64,000 nt of DNA from Trypanosoma brucei (lineage: Eukaryota), in assembly GCA_000002445.1 (NCBI GenBank), contig CM000208.1, positions 3,136,001-3,200,000 of the forward strand. Reading direction: 5' to 3'. Position numbers and translations under genes: made by a program. The notes beneath the pieces were generated by a model. That model saw nothing but the letters and a program-made list of their open reading frames with translations. It was not told the origin of the DNA and ran no database searches. Shown here in pieces: positions 41,592 through 50,852 of the stretch; the stretch's first letter is position 1; the number at the start of each line of letters is the position of its first letter.

Positions 41592-42216
41592 TCTAAACAG
41601 CTAATCCACTTCCTCAAGGTCCGCAGGTACACGTCGAAACCCTACCACTTACCTATTTCACAACAAAGATACGTCCCCCTCTTCGGCGTGCAGCTTCCAA
41701 GGCGAAAGCGCCCCTATCTGTATCTCTTATTTACCAGCTCTCACCTTTCGCCGTGCCACCGCGAATGAAATTGTAGGAAGGTTTTACAACTCGAAGAAAG
41801 TGGTGCACTGGCCGGCAAGAAAATTTGAATAAACCACTGGGTTTTTCTAGTGAACCGTACCGTAATTCCGTCCACAGAGTTAAACCCTGTCAAGCGGCGA
41901 AAAGTGAGGAACTGGTATCGAAAAAGGAAGAAGAGTAAAAACAAGTACAAGCACTAGGTAAGGTGGTCAACGGGTAAACCGCTAGGTTTACTTTCACCCA
42001 AACAGTTGTTACCTAGGCATTTATTTTCCTCTTAATGTTGCACCAACGTGTTAGCAATCGTCCATCCTTTACACAAAAAATATTATAAACGCATCACAGC
42101 TGGTGTTAACCGAGGGCATCGTTTGAATCGAATACCCTGCATTTAATGAAGGAATGCATCCATTTTGGGTTCACTTGCAGTCACAACTTCCCAAAAAGAG
42201 ACGAGCGGTATCGTAG

Positions 42217-43116
42217 CTAAATAACATGTCGATACATTTCGTACGTTGAGCCTTCATCGGTCCTACGCTCGATCCGTATGATGCTTCCGCGGGGAAGGTC
42301 CAAATACTCAACCATTGGGTCGTCGTTAAGTATACGCGGAAGTTGCGTAATCATCAGCTTCCTTTGCTCCAGGAACGCCCGGACTTCAACATCCGTCATC
42401 GGCACGTGTTTCGGCACCGATTGGTGCCTTGATATGTTGTATGCGAGCTCATCCTCCTCGAATACCTGAATCCGAATAACCTGCCCTGTTGTACCGGGAT
42501 GGAGGCCGCCTCCCGCTTCACGGATACTTCGCCGACCTCCGCGAACCTTAGACCCAACCACAACGATCATAGAACTGGCATTTCTCCGTTGTGCCACCTC
42601 TCGAAGGTTATTTAGGACATCCACGCCAAGTGATTGAACAAAGAACGCACACAGAATTGTTTCGTTCTTTTTTCGACTAGAAGGCTCGGCTGTGGGGCCC
42701 CTTCCATCCACCTCATCTTCCGTTTTGCAACTGATTGCCCCACCCCCGAAACCGATTCGAGAGGATGACCCCTTACACACAAGCTCCAGCGAAGAGTAAA
42801 GGAAATCTTGTGAAGCATCACGGAGCGCTTTTGTACGCTTCGATTTCGACGGATCCTTTCCCGGCCTCCCTTCCTGCTTCGCCTCCTCTTCTTCTTCAGC
42901 GGTCGTCTGCCGGTGACGTTGTAAATAAGAAGAGCATCTTTGGGTAAACCACTGGTAATTCAGGCCATCCGTTATATCGTACAACCTTGAATCGCGGATT
43001 GCATTGGCAACATCGGACGGATGACTTACGACAAAACCACGGTCAATGGCCATTTGAATTACAGTATTGAATGCGCGGTACAACCGTATCATCTTGAAAC
43101 TTTTGACGGAATCCAT
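42217..43116 (-). CDS. RPB5-family RNA polymerase subunit, divergent paralogue (RPB5z-like)
   Basis: The N-terminus IRLYRAFNTVIQMAIDRGFVV matches the RPB5 N-terminal jaw motif (yeast [22 protein letters not shown]). The C-terminus YNISRHQSVPKHVPMTDVEVRAFLEQRKLMITQLPRILNDDPMVEYLDLPRGSIIRIERRTDEGSTYEMYRHVI matches the RPB5 C-terminal domain. An ~80-aa acidic/basic insertion (TTAEEEEEAKQEGRPGKDPSKSKR...) is present. The ATG at 43116 was checked. Confidence 0.8.
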   Translation of the reverse strand: MDSVKSFKMIRLYRAFNTVIQMAIDRGFVVSHPSDVANAIRDSRLYDITDGLNYQWFTQRCSSYLQRHRQTTAEEEEEAKQEGRPGKDPSKSKRTKALRDASQDFLYSSLELVCKGSSSRIGFGGGAISCKTEDEVDGRGPTAEPSSRKKNETILCAFFVQSLGVDVLNNLREVAQRRNASSMIVVVGSKVRGGRRSIREAGGGLHPGTTGQVIRIQVFEEDELAYNISRHQSVPKHVPMTDVEVRAFLEQRKLMITQLPRILNDDPMVEYLDLPRGSIIRIERRTDEGSTYEMYRHVI

Positions 43117-43420
43117 ATTGTAGCGTGCTGGAGAACTAAACGAGGGAGGGTATAGTTGCTAATGGGGGTATGCTTGTTCCGTGTTGTACTGCTTTGTCTG
43201 GACTATTAAACGGAAGAGCCTATATTTTAATGCGCCACCCTGCGTGCACATAATAAAAGGGCAGGCAGCGAGAATGAAATGGTAAAGAAAGATGTATAAG
43301 TAAGAAATTTTCGCTATTCGGCAACGTAACAGTATGTGGTGAGTTCTGACACAACAAAGGCATTAGAAAACTTGTTGCGCCATGCACACCTTGTTATAAA
43401 TGGGTAGAAATAATACTGTC

Positions 43421-43434
43421 ATATATATATATAT
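43421..43434. repeat. (AT)7 microsatellite in the RPB5-RPB5z intergenic region
   Basis: Direct reading atatatatatatat. Confidence 0.9.
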
Positions 43435-43510
43435 TTGTGGTTTCGTTAAGGGCTTGTGCCAGAACGAAACAGTCGCAGCCGTGGAAAGCACAAAGGATAC
43501 CGCGTGACCC

Positions 43511-44170
43511 CTACACTACCTGTCGGTACGTAACGTAGAAACCGGCCGATACGCTCTTCCGCTCGATTCGTACGACACGACCGCGCTCCAGCCCCAAGTA
43601 AGCTGCCACAGGATCAGTTGAGAGAATACGTGGTAGCATGTTTAGCTCCAATGAATGAGCCTCAAGCATCTCCTTGACCTCCTCGTCCTCTAGCTGTGTA
43701 TGTTTGGGTACCAATTCGTGATGAGTGATATTCACCACAAGGTCATCCTCGTCGAACAGCTGAACCTTTTGACCAGTGCCGCTACGGTTGATGCAATCCA
43801 CATAACGCTTAACTGTAGCATTTACCTTCCCATGTGTTACGATGATTACGCGTTCGCAATTCGCATCCATTGCTGTTTGGCAGTACCCCTTCATCCCCTC
43901 CATTCCTAGTTCAGAAGCAAAGAACACCATGGCCCGACTGCGGTGCGTGCCACCGACACGTTCACACGGTACCGTCATGCGCTCACGGTAAATCCTCCTC
44001 CCCTCTCTGTCTACATATTGCTCACAGAACTGTCCAACCGTCTCCGGGATGATGCTGCTCGGGACTTGATACTTCCGGTCCCTCATCATCTCCCCCACCG
44101 TCCTCATCACCCGAAACATACGATCATAGACAAGCTCCTCTTGGCCGATGGCGTAGCTTTCACTGCTCAT
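43511..44170 (-). CDS. RPB5: RPB5 (RPABC1), canonical RNA polymerase common subunit
   Basis: LVVNITHHELVPKH is identical to the yeast Rpb5 block. The following LPRILSTDPVAAYLGLERGRVVRIERKSVSAGFYVTYRQVV matches the yeast [39 protein letters not shown] region. The ATG at 44170 was checked; the product is 219 aa. Confidence 0.9.
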   Translation of the reverse strand: MSSESYAIGQEELVYDRMFRVMRTVGEMMRDRKYQVPSSIIPETVGQFCEQYVDREGRRIYRERMTVPCERVGGTHRSRAMVFFASELGMEGMKGYCQTAMDANCERVIIVTHGKVNATVKRYVDCINRSGTGQKVQLFDEDDLVVNITHHELVPKHTQLEDEEVKEMLEAHSLELNMLPRILSTDPVAAYLGLERGRVVRIERKSVSAGFYVTYRQVV

Positions 44171-45434
44171 TGTATGTCGTCGCTGGTTTCCCCTATCCTA
44201 CCTACAGATTGCATTAGCGTAACGAAAAGCCAACAACAGAAAATGAGACGGAAAGTCAACCAAACATCTTGTCAAAATAAAAGGCAATGATCACCACAGG
44301 ACAAAGGAGCACTCAGCTGCAAAGTACGGAAACCTGAAGGGGATAAGCAAACCAGTGAAAAGGTGCAATGAAATTGCGCTTAGCCTACCGGTAGCCCACC
44401 GTGCACACAGATAAGTAAACAAATGAACAAACACAGAAAAAGCTGTGTTATATTGACTCTATCGCTCTGGATAAGATTTCATCCCACTCTATAGGTAAAT
44501 AAAAAACGTTGCACCACGACTCTTAGGTGGGCTTACTTACACAGCCTTAAAGCAGCAGGAGGCACTCATCTGGAATAAAAAGGGGGAAAAGATCACGTGC
44601 CAGCAGAAACCTTAACATTCTGCTCGCTGCATAACACTTACAACCATGGAAGAGGGGGGATAAAAACTTAAAACCACAACACGTTTCTGCTCCCATGTGC
44701 GTACAAAGAAACAGACAGGGTGGAAGCAGGAGTGTTTGTACCAAGGTCGTTGCATCACGGAGGAAAACTACTTCCGTTGATAAATACAGAAATGAGTAAA
44801 CTTAAAAAAAAAAACAGAGAAGGACAGAAAAGGAAGAGGAAGATAGGAAAGGAGCCACATTCAAAAACAACATTCACACTGGTGCGGCTGGCTGGACACG
44901 GCACGACACCACAGAGAAATCAAAAGGGCTTCTGAGTACTAAATAAGGTTAAGAAAAGTTGTAAACTAAGGACAAAGCTAGGTTTTTAAATAATTGGCTC
45001 CCTTCCCCACGCACACAAACACACCCGTCTGCAAGTAAAAACTAAAAAAGGAGCGGGTTGAAGGCTGGCGGCGGCTACCACTGGCCCCTTCCTCCCGCCT
45101 TTTGTATTTTCCTTCAGTAAGTGCCTCTGATATGATTACATCTACTGAAATTCGGCAGGCAATTCATCACAAATCTGTAATTTTATTCGTTATGTTAGCA
45201 GCGGCTCCAGCTACTCGTCGGCGTCTGCAAATGTGAGCGAGCATTGTCGACTGCAGTCACCGGCACAAATTATTCACTGCCAAAGTATCTGTGCAGCATA
45301 CGTTAGGTCTCCAGTTCCTGACAACGACAGAGGTAGCTATTTAAATACTACAACCTCACACTACGCCCCTTTCCTTCTTCTCCACATATACCTATCAGCG
45401 GCCGGTATTTACCGCGGCTTTTCGCTGAGTCGTT

Positions 45435-48400
45435 CTATCTGCAACCGTCACTGCGTGGGATCCGATACGCGGCAATTGCTTTATTTCTTTTTCGCACCGT
45501 CACAAATACATGCGAAGCAAGTCCACTGGACAACACACTGCGAACATCCCTGATTGTGCGAACACGTTTTCCATCTACCTCCATAATAATATCACCCCGC
45601 TCAATACCGGAGGCAGAAGCTTCTGCCGTTTGCGCCTCAACGGTAAGTCGTTCAGGGGAGATAACTAGCCCTATGGGTATCCACTCCGGCATCATTGGCT
45701 CTCCTGTTTTGAGCCTGATTTCGCACGAGGGTGATTGCGAGCGGGCACCTGTGCTGCAAGGATTGGCTGAAGTGAAACGTAATTGGTTGTTCAGACTTCT
45801 AGAGCGCTGCGGGTACTTGGTCATTCCGCCACGCTGAGTCTTTTCAGGAGATGAAACACGGCCTTCGGATGATACCCTCCTCAACCTCGATCCCGCAGAC
45901 GGTGCTCGCTGATTTGCGCGACCTTGCCTTCCATACTCATCCTTTTGCTTTCCCTCCTCACTTGTTCGATTAGTTACCGGTGCGGATGCCACGGGCGTCA
46001 TTTTTCTCCCTCTCCCCCCTGTTACAACAGCAGGAGATACCATTTTCCCCTCTCTGGTCGCCGATGGATCCCTTCGAGGTACGCTTTTGGAAATGGAGCG
46101 CGGCGCTGCACCTGGCTGTGACTGGGTTCCACTGTTCCTCTTCAGTTCCTGTAACCGTGCTCGCAGATCACTCACCTGTGGTCGAGATCTCTTCTCCGCA
46201 ACCACATCCTGCGATCTATTGCTGCCTCCCGTTGTCGGTAGTCTCTGCGCTTCCCCACGGGAGGGATTCTTCAGTTGCATGTAAAGGGTCTTCGGTTGCT
46301 TAACCGCTTGGTGACCCTTCACTCGTGCATAGAACCGCCACTTGGCGAAAAAACGAAGCAGCAAAAACTTCATGACTGCACGTGTCATAACACGGACCGC
46401 AGTTTCTATGAACGGAGGAATTGAGCGCGCCGTGCTACTCCGCGGAGCAGTACGAGCACTAGGTGACCCGCCCTCGCTCCACGGCGTAAAATGCCAGCGG
46501 CGCTCCTTGTTGGACTCGCTACGAGATAGTAGAGAGGGTGAACGTGATTCAACACGTGCGAGGGTTCGTTCACTACACGGTTTCTTGGGGGGGAAACTTT
46601 CAGACGGTTGCTCACCGGCCCCTGGTATGTGGTCCTGGTACGAGCTGTAACGCGTTCCGTCCTTTCCACGCCAAGTTGTGGTAAGCTGTTGGTCCAGAGT
46701 ACGATTCGTAGCGCGTACCACTGAATGAGGGCTGCTTCGTTGAGAGGAATTAAAACTACCAATATCAGCAGAGGCTACAAGCAGTGCTGGGACGTTAATG
46801 CTGCAACTCAATGGTAGAAGTTCTGTGTCACCATAACGGTCAAGGTGAGAATTGCTTTGCCGCAGCTCGCGGACGCTGACACCTAGTTTCATAGCTACGG
46901 CTCTCAAATTCATTTCTTGTTTGACACGGCGTGATGGGGGTGTTTGACTTCGTAGGGACGGCGACATGCTAAGTGTTTCTGTGAGGGGCCCATACCGTGG
47001 GATGTGGAGCCTGGCAGACTGGGGCAGGGGCATGTCGACGTCAAACGTGGCGAGGTGCGGATTTGAAGCGATAAGCAACTCGAGCGGAACGTCGTGCAGA
47101 AGCGCGATATGGGTAAGTGTTGCGGGCTCGTTGTCTGGCGTAAGTGAATCTTCGTGAGAAGGAAGAAAAAATTCCTGCTGTTGTCGCCAATCGATACCAG
47201 CTATATCACTACACTCATCCTCTCCTTCAAGTGGATTACTACCTCCACCATCGACAAAGAGCTGAGCACTCGTGTTCGGCCCCCGTGGCGTTGCACAACA
47301 TTCCTCTTTGCTCAATAAATCATTTGGTGGTGCAGTGGTCACCACATTGTTTTCGTCGATACGATCGTGCAAACCTCCCGCTCCATGCGCAGCAGCACAG
47401 TCAAATCGGACGGCGGTCGGTTTGTCATGGTTGAGGCAACGCTTGTGAATTTTGAGCACTTGAGGGAAGTCAAATACAGCAATAAGAGCATTTATTTCAT
47501 CCTCCAATAGATAGCGGTCGTGCACCAACCCAAAAACAATACTGTTATCCTCGTGGGAAAATTCAACGTCCTTCACACACTCCCTCGATAATTCAAAAAG
47601 TGCAGTGACTTCGGACGAAAATGTCTGAATAATATCATCTTCAAATCTGCTAACTGTTATATCCCAGTCAGTACCAGAAAATGTCTTTTTGTGCCGCGTT
47701 GTGAGGAGCTGCAGGGCATCCTGTTGACTGGCGTACGGTCGCCGTTGTGGAGGTTGAGGGGGCAGTTGGGAGAGCCATTCCCGGTTAATGCTCTGCTCTT
47801 GCGGCAGAACGGAGGTTTGTTTTTTCGTTACATCGCATGATTCTTGCGGCTGTGAGGAAGAAAACAGTGAAATGGGGAGTAAATCCTCAGAGAAGCTATT
47901 TGGCTGAAGTGACGGTGAGTTACTGATGTCATCCCCCTGGTTCGGTAAGGGGCCAGCACCGTGTGCCTGCGACGCATCGTCGGCATCATGACTTTCCACC
48001 CCAAAATTCGCTACGGAATTACCGGGTGCAGCATCTGAACTAGCCAAATTCAGTCGTGCCTGAAACAGTGTCGGCCCCTCCCCGCCTGTACCAAGAACCT
48101 CACTTTCTCTCTCAGGTGGTTGCTGCGGCCACCGCACCGTGTGCCCAACAGGATCATAATGAAATGCCTCGTTAGGACTAGGTGGACCAGAAGAAGGCGC
48201 CTCCTCTTCCCTCAACGTGATTGGAAAGGTTGAAAGAGTGGACTCGTCATTTATATCGTTGTACCTCTGTAATTTATCCCCGTTCCAAATGCCGTTCCCA
48301 TGGGTATTCAGAGGGGCGTCATCTAGTTCACAGTGGCCATTATTGGCATCTTTTACGGCTGGGGAGCTGGCAAAGCCAGCACCACCAGACTCCAGTTCCT

Positions 48401-49481
48401 CCTCCAATCGAGTATATTGGGCAAGCAAGCCCGAGAACTCACATTGCCGTAGAAGCAGCTCGGCTCTGGCGTCATCTACAGAGGCAGGAAGTCGAATGTG
48501 AAACTGCACCCGCTGCACAGCACCGCTCCCACATTCTGTGCCAACGTCGAGAGCGCGTATGTTCCAAACAGAGTGGGCGTTGATGCCAAACGCCTCACCT
48601 ACATCCTTCGCAAAGATATCCTTCCACGTGCAGCGCGTTCCATCAATATCGTCAACTATCGCGTTCTCCTCGAGCAGCAGGCCCTGCCAGAGAGGTCCGC
48701 GGAATGATTTGCTAAGTACGGCAACACGGAACTTCCCTGTTGTACTACGGTAACCGTTGCTCTCTTCCTTCACTGTGCTTAATCCCTTTTCATTGCGGTG
48801 AGGCAAGTTAATTGCGCTATCTTCGTGACATATAAGATAATTTGTAACTATATGATCCTGCGTTTGTCTACAAAGTTCTGAGTGCTCCAGTAAGGGTTCC
48901 GCGGAAAACTCGTCTGAGGGCAATTTGACGGCTCGTGGAGCCACGTCCTCCCCACCTTGGGTAGAAAAGGTCAAAACGGGCGTAACAGAGAGGGTCGAGG
49001 CGACTGTAAACACCACATCTAGAAGTTCTTTTACTGCAGCGTGGGCCCGCTCCGTTATAACACGTCGCCCAGTAGAGCTATCGCCCAGTAAGCCGACGTG
49101 CTTCACACTGCCGAGCGTGGAGTTTACGCGCCGGACGCGCTCCCGCAGAAGCTGGGATTTACGCACAAACAACGCGGTATCAACTATCCTCGGTAAAGCG
49201 TAACCGTTAATGTCGTTGAATTCATTTGCAGCGTTACATTGAGGAGACTTTAAGCTTCCACCTGAAGCCGTCTCATTAATACTACACAATTGCTCTAGTA
49301 AAACTCGTGAATGTTCGCGCAACAGCATGCAAACGGCGGCAAGTTTCTTCTCCATGGGCAAATGTGGTGTTGTTGACGTCTCAGAGTCGCCCGTTTGTCC
49401 TCCCGCAGCCACAGCACGTAGATCTGCGTTTGTAAGTACCTCCTGGAGTATTTGAATAGCTTCGTTGCATGATTGATCCAT
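45435..49481 (-). CDS. Giant hypothetical protein (~1348 aa) with a C-terminal PDZ domain
   Basis: The C-terminal IGLVISPERLTVEAQTAEASASGIERGDIIMEVDGKRVRTIRDVRSVLSSGLASHVFVTVRKR carries the PDZ hallmark (a hydrophobic strand, then the GxxxGDxIxxVNG-like loop). The track start at 49493 is GTG; the first ATG (MDQSCNEAIQ) is at 49481. The central region is Ser/Pro-rich. Confidence 0.6.
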   Translation of the reverse strand: MDQSCNEAIQILQEVLTNADLRAVAAGGQTGDSETSTTPHLPMEKKLAAVCMLLREHSRVLLEQLCSINETASGGSLKSPQCNAANEFNDINGYALPRIVDTALFVRKSQLLRERVRRVNSTLGSVKHVGLLGDSSTGRRVITERAHAAVKELLDVVFTVASTLSVTPVLTFSTQGGEDVAPRAVKLPSDEFSAEPLLEHSELCRQTQDHIVTNYLICHEDSAINLPHRNEKGLSTVKEESNGYRSTTGKFRVAVLSKSFRGPLWQGLLLEENAIVDDIDGTRCTWKDIFAKDVGEAFGINAHSVWNIRALDVGTECGSGAVQRVQFHIRLPASVDDARAELLLRQCEFSGLLAQYTRLEEELESGGAGFASSPAVKDANNGHCELDDAPLNTHGNGIWNGDKLQRYNDINDESTLSTFPITLREEEAPSSGPPSPNEAFHYDPVGHTVRWPQQPPERESEVLGTGGEGPTLFQARLNLASSDAAPGNSVANFGVESHDADDASQAHGAGPLPNQGDDISNSPSLQPNSFSEDLLPISLFSSSQPQESCDVTKKQTSVLPQEQSINREWLSQLPPQPPQRRPYASQQDALQLLTTRHKKTFSGTDWDITVSRFEDDIIQTFSSEVTALFELSRECVKDVEFSHEDNSIVFGLVHDRYLLEDEINALIAVFDFPQVLKIHKRCLNHDKPTAVRFDCAAAHGAGGLHDRIDENNVVTTAPPNDLLSKEECCATPRGPNTSAQLFVDGGGSNPLEGEDECSDIAGIDWRQQQEFFLPSHEDSLTPDNEPATLTHIALLHDVPLELLIASNPHLATFDVDMPLPQSARLHIPRYGPLTETLSMSPSLRSQTPPSRRVKQEMNLRAVAMKLGVSVRELRQSNSHLDRYGDTELLPLSCSINVPALLVASADIGSFNSSQRSSPHSVVRATNRTLDQQLTTTWRGKDGTRYSSYQDHIPGAGEQPSESFPPKKPCSERTLARVESRSPSLLSRSESNKERRWHFTPWSEGGSPSARTAPRSSTARSIPPFIETAVRVMTRAVMKFLLLRFFAKWRFYARVKGHQAVKQPKTLYMQLKNPSRGEAQRLPTTGGSNRSQDVVAEKRSRPQVSDLRARLQELKRNSGTQSQPGAAPRSISKSVPRRDPSATREGKMVSPAVVTGGRGRKMTPVASAPVTNRTSEEGKQKDEYGRQGRANQRAPSAGSRLRRVSSEGRVSSPEKTQRGGMTKYPQRSRSLNNQLRFTSANPCSTGARSQSPSCEIRLKTGEPMMPEWIPIGLVISPERLTVEAQTAEASASGIERGDIIMEVDGKRVRTIRDVRSVLSSGLASHVFVTVRKRNKAIAAYRIPRSDGCR

Positions 49482-49763
49482 TGCGCGACACACAGAGCTT
49501 AACAGAGCGCTCTTACACTAACCTTCCTTGAAGGTTTTCGTTTAGCTATCAACAAAAGGTATACACACAAAATGAAATGAGGGGAATGATGTTCAACAGC
49601 ATATCATACAACAAATGCACTCAGCAGGGGAAAAAAAATTATGCATGTGTTAAGGAGCTCGGGGAAATGTACACACATACATATGCGTAAAAGTAAAGTC
49701 TCCACAGTAGACAACTCGTTTGAGATACCCAAAATCCAAACCAAGAACAGTTTCTTTACGCCC

Positions 49764-50051
49764 TTAATGAGTGTTAACATCCATTTTCTCCTGTTCTTGC
49801 ACGCGTAGTTGGCTCCAAGGAATTGCACCCAACTCCAGCCGCTTGCGTTCCACGAGAGCCATCACATCAGCAGGTGTCAAGCAGGCGTCATCTTTATATC
49901 GCTTCCTGTCAGCCGCCAACTCCCCGCTCTTCTTTTTGTGAGAAAGTCCGGCAAGGTGCTGTTGGGCCGTGCGGCTGTCGCTGCAGTATATATTGCAGCA
50001 AGGGCAATAATACGCACCTGTTGTGCGCCCAGAACCTTGCGCCTGAAGCAT
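49764..50051 (-). CDS. Small U1/matrin-type C2H2 zinc-finger protein (~95 aa)
   Basis: YYCPCCNIYCSDSRTAQQHLAGLSHKKK matches the C-x2-C-x12-H-x5-H spacing of the U1-type (matrin) zinc finger, placed near the N-terminus as in U1C/SF3a-type proteins. The track start at 50075 is GTG; the ATG (MLQAQGSG) is at 50051. Confidence 0.5.
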   Translation of the reverse strand: MLQAQGSGRTTGAYYCPCCNIYCSDSRTAQQHLAGLSHKKKSGELAADRKRYKDDACLTPADVMALVERKRLELGAIPWSQLRVQEQEKMDVNTH

Positions 50052-50852
50052 ACTAAAAAATATAATATTTGACACAGTCTGCGTGTTGAGTTGCAGTGTT
50101 GTTGCAGACAGTTATATTCACTTTTGATCAAAACAAAACTGACAGCCGTTGCTCTAGCCGTCACACCTGACTTAACGCGACTACCCCTTTTTTCTATATT
50201 AACTAAGCCACTTCCTGAGCCACACAGATCAGGTTGCCTATGAATAAACACATGAAAATCATTGTTCCAAAAAAAAAAAAGTGAAAGTATGGGATAAATG
50301 TCGTGCATGTGTGCCGAATCAACCGGGGAGTGAGCATCAAAGAAAGGTTATGTGCCGAAAGGAGGCAGGAAGCGCTACACTACAAACAATTCTAGGCGGA
50401 AGACACTCAACCTATCCCCGTGACACGAGTCTTTCCACAGCAATATCATCCGCCAAGGAAAAAAAAAAAGAAATTCCGCATACCTAAAAAAAAAAATGGC
50501 AAAGCGGCGGTGCGAAATAAAGGAAATGTTACAAGTAATGACACAAGAAAACGCGGTGATTACAAACTGAAAAGGTTCACACTACACCCACCTCAACCTC
50601 TTTGAACTTGTTCAGGATCGATTAAAGTGTTGCCAGCTCAACTTTCCGCATGGTTTCTCCTCCACAAAATTATTGACACTACTGCCGTTGGCAAGACACA
50701 AACACGCGCACACACGCCGCAACGGGCAGACCACTGCTCGAGGTGCAAGTGTTTTGGTACATGCGTGTGGTGGCTACGTCAACACGGAACATGCAACTGC
50801 CATGCAACGGCGTAAAGAAGAAACTGTGGTGGGATGCAAGAGGATAAGTTGT

